Shown piece after piece: positions 18,173 to 26,991 of a DNA stretch of 64,000 nucleotides. The notes beneath the pieces are model-generated. The model was not told the DNA's origin. It ran no database searches and was given only the letters and a program-made list of their open reading frames with translations. Origin of the DNA: a virus (taxonomy: Duplodnaviria; Caudoviricetes); the IMG/VR virus record IMGVR_UViG_2599185236_000001, positions 1-64,000 of that record. The stretch is one strand, 5' to 3'. Every line of letters starts with the position of its first letter. The stretch's first letter is position 1. The translations under genes were made by a program, and so were the position numbers.

Positions 18173-20758
18173 CTAAGCCGCCTTAGCCCATGAAGCCACA
18201 ACGGCGACAGCACCAGCGCTGCCCGTCGCCTCAAGCACGGCACTGGCCGAGGTATTCTTGATGCCCAGGACGCTCAGCACGGTCGAGTTGGTAGCATAGA
18301 GGATTTCACCACTATCGACATTCACACGGCTTTCTTCCGCAGCATGGGCATGGAAGGTGGAGCTCGTCGTCGAGAACATCGCAGCGGTGGCGACGATACC
18401 ACCCTCTCGCTTATCAACTTCGCTGTTCATAATCACGCTGTTGCCGATTGCGGAGATCGACCCGATCTTGAGCGGCGTTGGATTGATGCCGTACATCGGG
18501 ACCGCTTTCACACCCCAACGAACCGGCGTCGTCCCAACGGCGGCAACAGCCAAGGTGCCAGCTGTTCCCGTAGGAATAGCTGCGATAAACAGGCCCATGA
18601 ATGAGGCGCTGGGCGCGTCATAGGTGCTCTGGTGCAGATGGAGTTGCGTAAGCGGGATTGCCGCTCCACCGTCAGGCGTGAAGGTTGCCGTCAACGAAGT
18701 CAGGGCAGCAGTGGAGCGACCAGAGATGAAGAACGCGACGTATCTGTCAGAAGCCGCCGCATCGATCGCCAGAGAGGCGAAGGACGGCGTTGCCGTGTTT
18801 GTTGCCGTAACTGCACTTCCGACGATACCGAGCGTCGCATCTCCCGCAAGGTGAGCCCTCGACTTCACCTTCACCGTCATCTTGCCGACACGCTCGACTG
18901 CTGCAGCTGTGTCTGCTCCCTTGAACCCAAAGAACGGATACCAACGCTGCGTCATGTCGAAGTTGGTCATGAGGTTGCCGTTCGAAGATGTCATCTCCTG
19001 CAGCTCCGTACCACCTTCGCCTAGGATGTAAGCCCTGCCGCTGGTCGGGAACAGGCGAACGCCGACATGCTTCTTGGACGCGCCGGTCCCAAGTATGCTA
19101 GGGCCATAGCCGACGCCATAGTAGTAATCGGAGATGCTGGCTGCGATCGGCTGAGTGCCGCCGTCTACCGCCTGCAGCGCCATGGTGCCGTCAATGCCTT
19201 CGCCATTGCCTATGAAGATTGCGTCCGTCATCGCCGATCGAGCGGTCTTGCTGGTCGCAAAGCCGATATAGGGGACGCGGTACGCAGCAGCGGACGTGGT
19301 GATCCAGTCGTCGATGTAGATATCAACGTACTCAGTCACGGCAGGGTCAAAGCCGACATCTTCGAAGAGGTAATATTCCCCCTTCGTCGCCATCGTGCCA
19401 TCAACCGTCACGGAAAGTCCGTTCGCGCTGAATGATGCGGCCGGCAACGTCGAGCCAACCTTCACCTCAGTCAGACCGACAGGCAACGACGACGCGCCGG
19501 CAAAGTTGAACGACTTCACAGTCACATCAGCATCAACCGGCTTGTGAGGCGCAGGAGAGCGGAACCAGGTATTCTGCGGGCTTCTGAGCGACGTCGACGA
19601 GAGCGCAGATACCTTCGCGTTAGCACTAGTGGCCGCGTCGTAGGTGATCAGGCGTTTGTCACCGAAGGTCATGACGCCGACCGTACCGACTTCGCCCTGG
19701 TCATAACCGCTCGTGCCGCGCGCGACTACCAACTGCGGCTTGCCGAGCATCGTCTTGCCGTCGCCATCGAGAAGAATCTCGTAGATATCGCCAGGGCGCG
19801 CATTCGAACCGGAGCCTTGTGCAGCGAACTCGACGAGAGCTGAATAGCCCTGCCGGGTCTGCCGAATGCTGCCCACATCAATTTCAATCGCAGCAGCAGC
19901 AAACCAGTTGCTGGTCTGCGTGAAAGGGTTGGATGGGCTAAAGCGGCCGTTCCACTTACTCAGCGCACCGAGGAAGACAGGCGTTCCGGCGACAGGGTCA
20001 TCCCAGCCCCACATGCCCATCGTCGATCGGAACTGCCCACCGATGAGCGAATAGCCGACGTAGTTGTATGGGACGCGGTTGCGCGGGAAAGGATTCTCGG
20101 CCCACGTCATATAACCCTGATGACCATCCCCGATGGCCTCGGCCGTTGCGACCTGCATCAGCGGAACGTTTGGACCTGTCCAATTCACCCCGTCTACGGA
20201 GGTAGCGCGCAGGGTCGCTTGATTTCGCGCACCAGGAGCGCTGGTAAGCTGATATGTCATGACGAACGTAGAGCCGACCTTTCGAACACATGGCGTTTCG
20301 CACTGCCTGCCTACGCCGCCAGCGCCGGTATAGATCGGATTGGAGGCGGGCTTGCTCGCGATGTCGTCCAGCCAACCAGCCGTGACGGCTTCGTTATAAA
20401 GCTTCCAATTCGCCGGAACGGACGGATCAGCGACGCAGATATTGAGGTATATGCCACCGCTGCCCGTCGAGCCATTCAACGTGTCATCATGGTCTGACGA
20501 GAAATAGCTGAAGCAACGGTCTGGATATGCCGACGACGGAACGCGCAGGATATGGCGGGTCCAATAGTTGCCGTTGCCTGAGAGCATCTGCGACGGACGC
20601 GGCGCGATGGTGCCGAGCTTGGAAGCCGAATATGTCGAGCGCTGTATGGTCACGGCTGGGCTGATGACGGCCTCTTCCGGTCCATCTGGAGTGCCGGATG
20701 ACAGGTTGCCCCCCACCGCCCTGTATTGGGGCGCGGCCCAAAGCAGTGAGGGCGCCAA
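18173..20758 (-). CDS. tail fibre/tailspike with putative beta-propeller glycoside-hydrolase-like region
   Basis: 861 aa, G/S/T/A-rich and beta-rich; ETPCV-x-x-VG-x-x-FVMTY and YD-x-GEVG propeller-like repeats; last gene of virion block. Confidence 0.55.
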   Translation of the reverse strand: MAPSLLWAAPQYRAVGGNLSSGTPDGPEEAVISPAVTIQRSTYSASKLGTIAPRPSQMLSGNGNYWTRHILRVPSSAYPDRCFSYFSSDHDDTLNGSTGSGGIYLNICVADPSVPANWKLYNEAVTAGWLDDIASKPASNPIYTGAGGVGRQCETPCVRKVGSTFVMTYQLTSAPGARNQATLRATSVDGVNWTGPNVPLMQVATAEAIGDGHQGYMTWAENPFPRNRVPYNYVGYSLIGGQFRSTMGMWGWDDPVAGTPVFLGALSKWNGRFSPSNPFTQTSNWFAAAAIEIDVGSIRQTRQGYSALVEFAAQGSGSNARPGDIYEILLDGDGKTMLGKPQLVVARGTSGYDQGEVGTVGVMTFGDKRLITYDAATSANAKVSALSSTSLRSPQNTWFRSPAPHKPVDADVTVKSFNFAGASSLPVGLTEVKVGSTLPAASFSANGLSVTVDGTMATKGEYYLFEDVGFDPAVTEYVDIYIDDWITTSAAAYRVPYIGFATSKTARSAMTDAIFIGNGEGIDGTMALQAVDGGTQPIAASISDYYYGVGYGPSILGTGASKKHVGVRLFPTSGRAYILGEGGTELQEMTSSNGNLMTNFDMTQRWYPFFGFKGADTAAAVERVGKMTVKVKSRAHLAGDATLGIVGSAVTATNTATPSFASLAIDAAASDRYVAFFISGRSTAALTSLTATFTPDGGAAIPLTQLHLHQSTYDAPSASFMGLFIAAIPTGTAGTLAVAAVGTTPVRWGVKAVPMYGINPTPLKIGSISAIGNSVIMNSEVDKREGGIVATAAMFSTTSSTFHAHAAEESRVNVDSGEILYATNSTVLSVLGIKNTSASAVLEATGSAGAVAVVASWAKAA

Positions 20759-20788
20759 GCGACGCCCTCAGGTTGAGACTAGACCTCA

Positions 20789-21100
20789 TTATGCAGCCAC
20801 CCACTGAACCTTGTCGCCAGCGTCGGCGAAAACATCGACGTCAGTATTGGCCGGGACGAAGATACGCGGGCCGGTCGTAGCGTTGGGCGCGGCGCCGATT
20901 GCGAAGTATGCGTCAGCCGAGGAGCGCAGTCGGAATACGGGCTGGCCGAGCGTGTCGTGAACAACCGGCGCGACGCCTGTGGTCGAGACGCCAGTGGCCG
21001 GCGCTTCCGACCAGGTGATCTTGCCGAGGATTGCCTGCGACTTCTCGCGACGGAACGAGCCGGCATAGCCAGCGACAATGTGGACGCCAGAAAAGGCCAT
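20789..21100 (-). CDS. small virion-associated hypothetical protein
   Basis: RBS GAGGAG; beta-sandwich-like sequence. Confidence 0.55.
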   Translation of the reverse strand: MAFSGVHIVAGYAGSFRREKSQAILGKITWSEAPATGVSTTGVAPVVHDTLGQPVFRLRSSADAYFAIGAAPNATTGPRIFVPANTDVDVFADAGDKVQWVAA

Positions 21101-21122
21101 GTGAATCTCCTTGAGGAATGGA

Positions 21123-21641
21123 TTAGGCGCGCCAGCCGGCGGCCGTGTAGACGATGCGGCGGCTGGATCCGCCGAGGATCGCCGCGGTGAGACCGCCGAC
21201 GAGGCCGGTCAAAGTGAGCGAGAAGACGCCCAGCGAGGTCGGGGCGTAGATCAGGTAGGAACAGCCGGGCCAGACGTTGACCGTCGAAGGCGTGATGGTC
21301 ATCAGGCCGACTAGAGTAGACTGCAGTCTTATTTCTGGCGCCGTGAACAGCGGCAGGAGGGACATGGATCCGCTAGCCTGGCTACTGTCGATCGCGTAGT
21401 CGGTACGCTGCGGCCGCCAGTAATAGCTGTTGCCGTCGTACTCGCAGATCATGACGGTTCGAACAGCGCCGAAAACGTTGCTGATGCGGGCGTACATGCC
21501 AAGGTACGGCGCGCTCGCTGGGAAATTCGCGAGCAGGTTTTCGATGGTCTGGAACGTGCCGCCATTGATAAATGCCGGCACTTCCGTTTTCAGAGCGTAG
21601 GCGCTCAGGTTTGGCTGACGAGGTGCGATGATTGCCGGCAT
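21123..21641 (-). CDS. hypothetical (tail-associated) protein
   Basis: 172-aa ORF in operon. Confidence 0.55.
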   Translation of the reverse strand: MPAIIAPRQPNLSAYALKTEVPAFINGGTFQTIENLLANFPASAPYLGMYARISNVFGAVRTVMICEYDGNSYYWRPQRTDYAIDSSQASGSMSLLPLFTAPEIRLQSTLVGLMTITPSTVNVWPGCSYLIYAPTSLGVFSLTLTGLVGGLTAAILGGSSRRIVYTAAGWRA

Positions 21642-21644
21642 CGG

Positions 21645-21989
21645 TCAGCTCAACTTGTAGAGCGACATCGTGCCAGTGGTCTGCGCGGCGTTCGTCAGCG
21701 CGAATGGCAATAAAGACAGGCCGACCTCGACCGGGATTGTCACCGTGCCGCCACCTGCGAAGGTAAGCGTGGCGGTGCCTGCGGCAGAGCAGATGATAAG
21801 GACCGCCCTGCCCGACGTCGTGGCGCCGCTATAGGGCGCAACGTTGGTGTAGACTTCCCCGGCGGCATCGAGCGCGGCTCGGTCAGACGGCGTCATGGAA
21901 GTGGCGACAACCTCGGCATGCGTGCCGTCGCCCATATCCCGCATCATCCCAAGCAGCCCACTCAGTCTTGGAAACTTGGAATCTGCCAT
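21645..21989 (-). CDS. hypothetical (tail-associated) protein
   Basis: 114-aa ORF; TAATG overlap. Confidence 0.55.
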   Translation of the reverse strand: MADSKFPRLSGLLGMMRDMGDGTHAEVVATSMTPSDRAALDAAGEVYTNVAPYSGATTSGRAVLIICSAAGTATLTFAGGGTVTIPVEVGLSLLPFALTNAAQTTGTMSLYKLS

Positions 21990-22333
21990 TAGCCACTCCG
22001 CGTGGTGCGCGCCTTGGGCTGACCTTCGACAACGCGGTCAATGCGCAGCGTCATGGCATCGACGGCGCTCTTCACGCCGCTGATTGCCTCCATGATCTGC
22101 TCGGTGCTCTCGCGGTGGCCGGCCTTGGAGACATACGTCTCGGCCACGTGGAGCTTGTGGGCGGCAAGCTCTTCTCGAGCTAGGCTGGCGAGTGCGGTCG
22201 CCGCCCCCGCCGCCTCTGCGCCTTCCCTGCGGACGCTGCCGAGCTTAGAGTCGACGTACTTCCAGAGGCCGAAGATAAAGCCGAAGACGGCGATGAAGAA
22301 TCCGACCGCGGCCATGATTTCGGGGCCGGTCAT
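21989..22333 (-). CDS. single-TM coiled-coil membrane protein (holin/antiholin-like)
   Basis: N-terminal TM AVGFFIAVFGFIFGLW; next to lysis genes. Confidence 0.55.
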   Translation of the reverse strand: MTGPEIMAAVGFFIAVFGFIFGLWKYVDSKLGSVRREGAEAAGAATALASLAREELAAHKLHVAETYVSKAGHRESTEQIMEAISGVKSAVDAMTLRIDRVVEGQPKARTTRSG

Positions 22334-22629
22334 TTATCACCCCTCAGCGCCTCGTCGCGATCCACGATATAGTTGCGGAGCGCCAGGTGCCGCCGGTAGC
22401 AGGCGAGCAGTGCAGCGCGGTCTGTGATCCACAGCTCTTCGACCTGGGCCTGCGTCAAAGGGCCATGCTCCAGCAGCACCGGCCTGTCGCATGCCTTAAG
22501 CAGCGCGCTGTCCGGCGCCACGATCGCCGGCGGTTTCACCGGTGCGACGTTAACGGACTTGGTTGATACGCTGCACGCTGCCAGCACCAAGGCTAGGCTT
22601 GTCAGCATCAGGACCTTGCCGAGCTTCAC
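22330..22629 (-). CDS. o-spanin (Rz1-like lipoprotein)
   Basis: lipobox LAAC, Pro-rich, overlaps i-spanin. Confidence 0.7.
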   Translation of the reverse strand: MKLGKVLMLTSLALVLAACSVSTKSVNVAPVKPPAIVAPDSALLKACDRPVLLEHGPLTQAQVEELWITDRAALLACYRRHLALRNYIVDRDEALRGDK

Positions 22630-22933
22630 TGGCCAGCTTCCTTCTCAATTCGGTGTTGGCGGCCTGTTCGGCTTCGAGCTGCGCGATGGCTTCCGCCTCG
22701 CGCTTCTTCGCGGCGTTGTTCGCAATGGTCTGCCGGCGTTGTTCGTCGGCGTCTGCCTGGGCTGCGTCGCGGAGGATGGTGGCTATCTCAGCGTTCTTCA
22801 CGAGGGTGGCGGCCTGATAGCCGTCGTCATAAATCCTGCCGTGGATCCACCACGCGCCGGCCATGAGCGTGAGCAGCAGGACGAAGATGGCGAGGGCCTT
22901 TGCTGCGGTCTTGTTTGCGAGGAGCGCGATCAT
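22550..22933 (-). CDS. i-spanin (Rz-like)
   Basis: N-terminal TM plus coiled coil, directly after endolysin. Confidence 0.7.
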   Translation of the reverse strand: MIALLANKTAAKALAIFVLLLTLMAGAWWIHGRIYDDGYQAATLVKNAEIATILRDAAQADADEQRRQTIANNAAKKREAEAIAQLEAEQAANTELRRKLASEARQGPDADKPSLGAGSVQRINQVR

Positions 22934-23505
22934 GCCGACAGCCCCGACACGCAAAGCTCCGCCTCACCGATCCGCTGGGCGTCGCCCATCTCTCGGCGCT
23001 TCACAAGGCCGTTGACCACTCGGCCACCAGCCTTATTCCAAGCCGTTTGCGCTTCACACGCCGCGCGATATTGGCCGGCCTTGGCAAAGCGGGCAGCGGT
23101 CGAACCGCACATGCCGCCCACGCCGAAGTTGTAGGCGCCGGAAATCATTGAGGCCTGCACGCTCACCGGCATCTTGGTGAATCCGGCGATACATTTCGTC
23201 AGTGGCGTATAGTAGTCGGCCTTGATGCGCTCGATGAGCATGGCCTCGCACTGGGCGACCGTCTTGGTCATGCCAAGCTTCACGCCCTTGGTCTCGCCGT
23301 AGCAGATCGTCGGCACCTTCACGATGTCGAGATAGGCCCGAGTATGCAGGCCTTCCCACGGCTTGATGAGGTGGTCGACGGCAAGCGTCACTGACGCAGG
23401 CGTGCCGCCAGGCAGCAACGCGGCCGATCCGGCGAAGACAGCCGCCATCACCGCGGCAATCGCGCTCTTAGCCCGCCTCGACGGTAGGATCTTGTTGATT
23501 GGCAT
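22930..23505 (-). CDS. endolysin, GH24 lysozyme with SAR-like N-terminus
   Basis: WEG...YLD-x-V-x-VPTICYGET (E-8-D-5-T), YNFGVG, GLVKRR; Ala-rich N-terminal anchor. Confidence 0.92.
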   Translation of the reverse strand: MPINKILPSRRAKSAIAAVMAAVFAGSAALLPGGTPASVTLAVDHLIKPWEGLHTRAYLDIVKVPTICYGETKGVKLGMTKTVAQCEAMLIERIKADYYTPLTKCIAGFTKMPVSVQASMISGAYNFGVGGMCGSTAARFAKAGQYRAACEAQTAWNKAGGRVVNGLVKRREMGDAQRIGEAELCVSGLSA

Positions 23506-23704
23506 TCGCCTTTTCCTTTTCAGGTTGGGCAATGAGACGTGCACCCCAGGCACAGACCAGCAGCGCGATGGTGAGCCACCACGGAAGCCAGTCAGAGACA
23601 AAGGGAACGACGTTTAGGATGATGTCCGCTGCGGCAGCGATTTCAATCAGCCGCAGCGACCAGGCGCGGCGCGCGATGGCGCCGGCGTTCGGAAGGAGGT
23701 TCAT
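23468..23704 (-). CDS. holin-like membrane protein
   Basis: RRAWSLRL, two TM segments, ARLIAQP; upstream of endolysin. Confidence 0.65.
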   Translation of the reverse strand: MNLLPNAGAIARRAWSLRLIEIAAAADIILNVVPFVSDWLPWWLTIALLVCAWGARLIAQPEKEKANANQQDPTVEAG

Positions 23705-23769
23705 TGCTAACCTCGACAAATGATTTTATGGAAGGCGGTCATGCGCTAACGTAAACGCGAAGACTGACT

Positions 23770-23889
23770 ATGAAAAACAACTATGACTCGATAGCAGTTG
23801 TCATCAGCTGCATCACCATGGCGGGAATCCTCGCGGCCGTCGGTTGGATGGTCTTAGAGTTCAGCCTCTGGCTAGTAAGTTGGTCATAG
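23770..23889 (+). CDS. 39-aa membrane peptide (moron)
   Basis: MKNNYDSIAVVISCITMAGILAAVGWMVLEFSLWLVSWS. Confidence 0.35.
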   Translation: MKNNYDSIAVVISCITMAGILAAVGWMVLEFSLWLVSWS

Positions 23890-24010
23890 CCATGCTCACC
23901 ACATGGGAGGATATTCGCAGCTTTACGACTTCAGTTGTGCGAAAGTTGCTTACGGATACTGGACACCATCCATAGTCCAATGCTTCATTAGTCCCTCTGG
24001 GGAGGGAAAA

Positions 24011-24205
24011 ATGAAAACATCAATACTTGGACTCGCATTTGTTGTTGCGGGCGTCTGTCATGTGCTGCCCTCAGATTGGTATCGGGCGGCACTGCTTATA
24101 ATGTTTGGGGCGGGCCTGGTCTATTTCACAGAAGACTCGGACAAGCAGCCAAAGCGAAGTGCGGACGAAGAGCACGATCTCGACAGTGCTCTGACTGACG
24201 ATTAA
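24011..24205 (+). CDS. small 2-TM membrane protein (moron)
   Basis: RBS GGAGGG; MKTSILGLAFVV... with acidic tail. Confidence 0.55.
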   Translation: MKTSILGLAFVVAGVCHVLPSDWYRAALLIMFGAGLVYFTEDSDKQPKRSADEEHDLDSALTDD

Positions 24206-24429
24206 CGCACAAGGTCACGCCGCGAAGTAGCTGCCACCGAGGATGAGCCGAAGACCCGCCTTACTCGCTAGGAACTGCGTTGTGCTGGCGCTTCTTTCGT
24301 GCCGTAAGCGCTCGTCGCCGGCGTCAACAGGGATGAAGTTACCGGCGCGGTGAAGGCCAGCGTCGAGGTTGGTTGCTGGCCGTTCTACGCCATCACGGTG
24401 GTTGTTGTTTTCTTCAGCTGTAAGCGTAA

Positions 24430-25185
24430 TCAGACGGTGATCCCAAGATACTGCAAAGCCGCCTTAACTTGAGCCGACATCGCATCGACTTCAGCGTCGC
24501 TGATGTAGCGGTTGTAGATCGCCGTGAAGGCAACGTCGGCAAGGCCGGTGTACGCCGAACTAAACGAGCTTCCGATGCGAAGCTTGCCAGCGCCGACAAC
24601 GCGGGCCTGGGTGGTGTAGTTGTTCGCAGCCGATGCGCCGGTTGTGAGGTTGTCAGCCTGCGTTCGGTCATTGCGCGTGCGCGTGGCAATGAGGTTCCAT
24701 GCCGAAAGTGTAGCGGCAATATCACGACTTGCGGAAGTCACGGCCGAGGCTGATGCATCTGTGTAGCGCGATGCCGCGGACTTAATTACGGTCGGATCAT
24801 TCGCCGAGTAGACGCTAACGCCTGCCGTTCCTGCGTTTCCACCACCCACAGCGCCAGCTCCGAAGTTGCTAACGAACATTGGGGAATGAGCGGGATCGGC
24901 CATCGTGTCGGTGCTTCGCCCGGCCATGATGATAGTCAATGCCTCGCTATCCGATACGTCAGTCTGGAAATAGCTGGCGTTACCGGTGAAGCGAAGATAG
25001 CCGCCCTGCACGGCTGGCGCCCCGGAAACGACGGCGTCTACGCCGCCAACCGCGAGGTTACGGCGGGATTCCATGCCTCTGTTGAAAAACCAGAGACCCC
25101 TCAGACCATTGCTAACTGCCGCGTCGAACCCGATGGAGAGAGCCGAGGCATCTCCCTCGTAGACCATGATGTCAGTGCTTGCCAT
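24430..25185 (-). CDS. tail protein, LamG/concanavalin-A-like
   Basis: LRGLWFF, GYLRFTG, LRIGSS...DVAFTAIYNRYISDAEV. Confidence 0.6.
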   Translation of the reverse strand: MASTDIMVYEGDASALSIGFDAAVSNGLRGLWFFNRGMESRRNLAVGGVDAVVSGAPAVQGGYLRFTGNASYFQTDVSDSEALTIIMAGRSTDTMADPAHSPMFVSNFGAGAVGGGNAGTAGVSVYSANDPTVIKSAASRYTDASASAVTSASRDIAATLSAWNLIATRTRNDRTQADNLTTGASAANNYTTQARVVGAGKLRIGSSFSSAYTGLADVAFTAIYNRYISDAEVDAMSAQVKAALQYLGITV

Positions 25186-25202
25186 TTGTGGCTCCTGTCG
25201 AG

Positions 25203-26921
25203 TTAAAGCGTTTCTTGAGCCGCAGCTCCAGCGGCCGCCGCAAGGACTTCCGCAACAGCCGCGATATTGTAGGGGCCGAGATGGACCGCATCAGAAAGCT
25301 CCGCAGTTTTGATGCCGATGTCCGAGGTCGAGCCGGCCGCAAGCTCGAAGCCAACCTCTTGCGAAGCCATCGCCCAGGTTGGGACTATCCGGATGCTGGC
25401 ATTTGCCTGTGTTCTGACGAACCGGAGAAAACGCGTGAGAACCTCCACATACCGGCTGGACCAAAGCGCATCGCGTTCGCTTGAACGGGAAACCGGAGGG
25501 AACCACAGAACTATTTTGGTGGTTGGCTGCGCCGCCAGGATCTGACCGCACATGATGGTCAGGCCATCTAGGATGCCCGGACCAAGTTCCGACGACGAAA
25601 GATCACGAATATCGTTCGTTCCGAGGCCGATGAAGACGACGTTCGGCGCCGTGAGGGAGAAGCGGCTCAGGTAGAAGGCGTAGTCGAACACATACCCATT
25701 CCTGACGACCGAAGAACTATCCCCACCGGTGGCCGCGCGCAGGAACGGGTTCTGTGTCTGCTTCGACGTCTTGGCCGCAGCAAGATAGGAGGCCTCGGAA
25801 CCGGGAGCGATAACCGTGGCGCGGTTGGTCACCGCGTAGGTGAAGTCTCCAAACTCCCAGCCTTCGCGGCCCTCGCCTAGTGGACCAGTAGCGTCATTGG
25901 CTCCCTGATCGACCCCGGCTCCGTTTAGCGTGCCAACGAAGTTAATCGTGTAGCCGCGCTGAGAAGCCCGAATGTTCATTCTGGCTGCCATCTGTCGATT
26001 TGTGATGCTATCGCCGATCATGAGCGCGCGGACGGTGTTGCCGCTCGAAGGGCTCACTGGAACGGAAATCGCATTGAGGGTTGTCGCGTTACGAGTGTCG
26101 GCCGTTACCTCGTCTAGACGCGTTTGCAGCGTAACCGTCTGCGAGCATTTGGCCAGATCGACGACAAGATCATCATCGCCTGTTCGGCTATAGCTGGCAC
26201 GAATGCCACTAAGCGATGCCTCGCTATAGAGCGTAGCACGGATGCGAGACAGATCGCTGCGTTGCGTGAGAATGTTCCTTACGAACAGGTGCGTTTCATC
26301 GCCAACGAAACTCACAAGCGTGCCGCCGATCAATGGCTTGGCGTCAAACCCTTCATTAAGGTTCGAACCATGTGAAAGACCAGGCGCCCGAAGCTCCGTC
26401 TTGGTCAAAGAGAGGTATTTGAAGCCACGCCGATCGCGGATGTGAAATACTTCATCAGCACCCGAAGAACCCATCTCGAACCCCGCTGCGCTAAACCCAC
26501 GGGACTTCACGTATCCGCGGTTGTCGATGTATGCCCAAATGAAGCCCAAAGCATCTTTGATCGCGACGGGAATGTTTTGCATACCCCGTGCGATAAGCGA
26601 GGAGCGCTCGTCGACCTCTTCGTCGATGTTTGCCTGAAGCGCTATAGGGTCGATGACATCGCCCGTCCGGATCCAGGCCGAGCCATTCCAGTAGTATTCG
26701 CCCTTGTCCGCGCCAGCAGTGACCTGACCAGGCTGGCCAGTTCTCGTACCAGATCCCAAACCGGCCTTTGTGGTAGCGCGGATAAGCCCAGCTGCAGCTC
26801 CGACGAGGGAGGTTTCTATAGTTGTGCCAACCTGACGGATTGTAGACTTGTTCGGTCTTGTCGGATTGGTTGATGGACCGTCTGGCCAAGCAGAATTAAA
26901 GGCGTCGCGAATTGCACCCAT
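25203..26921 (-). CDS. tail protein with SGNH/GDSL esterase domain
   Basis: ALMIGDSIT, EGREGW, IGLGTND, DAVHLG. Confidence 0.82.
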   Translation of the reverse strand: MGAIRDAFNSAWPDGPSTNPTRPNKSTIRQVGTTIETSLVGAAAGLIRATTKAGLGSGTRTGQPGQVTAGADKGEYYWNGSAWIRTGDVIDPIALQANIDEEVDERSSLIARGMQNIPVAIKDALGFIWAYIDNRGYVKSRGFSAAGFEMGSSGADEVFHIRDRRGFKYLSLTKTELRAPGLSHGSNLNEGFDAKPLIGGTLVSFVGDETHLFVRNILTQRSDLSRIRATLYSEASLSGIRASYSRTGDDDLVVDLAKCSQTVTLQTRLDEVTADTRNATTLNAISVPVSPSSGNTVRALMIGDSITNRQMAARMNIRASQRGYTINFVGTLNGAGVDQGANDATGPLGEGREGWEFGDFTYAVTNRATVIAPGSEASYLAAAKTSKQTQNPFLRAATGGDSSSVVRNGYVFDYAFYLSRFSLTAPNVVFIGLGTNDIRDLSSSELGPGILDGLTIMCGQILAAQPTTKIVLWFPPVSRSSERDALWSSRYVEVLTRFLRFVRTQANASIRIVPTWAMASQEVGFELAAGSTSDIGIKTAELSDAVHLGPYNIAAVAEVLAAAAGAAAQETL

Positions 26922-26991
26922 GCGATTCTCCATAAGCAACCGGCCCGACCAAAGGCCGGAACCGTTGCTCCAAAAGTGATTGATTGATCCG

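Noticed and set aside
24215-24435. About 72-codon open minus-strand frame ending in AA after the LamG-like gene
   Set aside because: No convincing start codon or RBS, and no motif.
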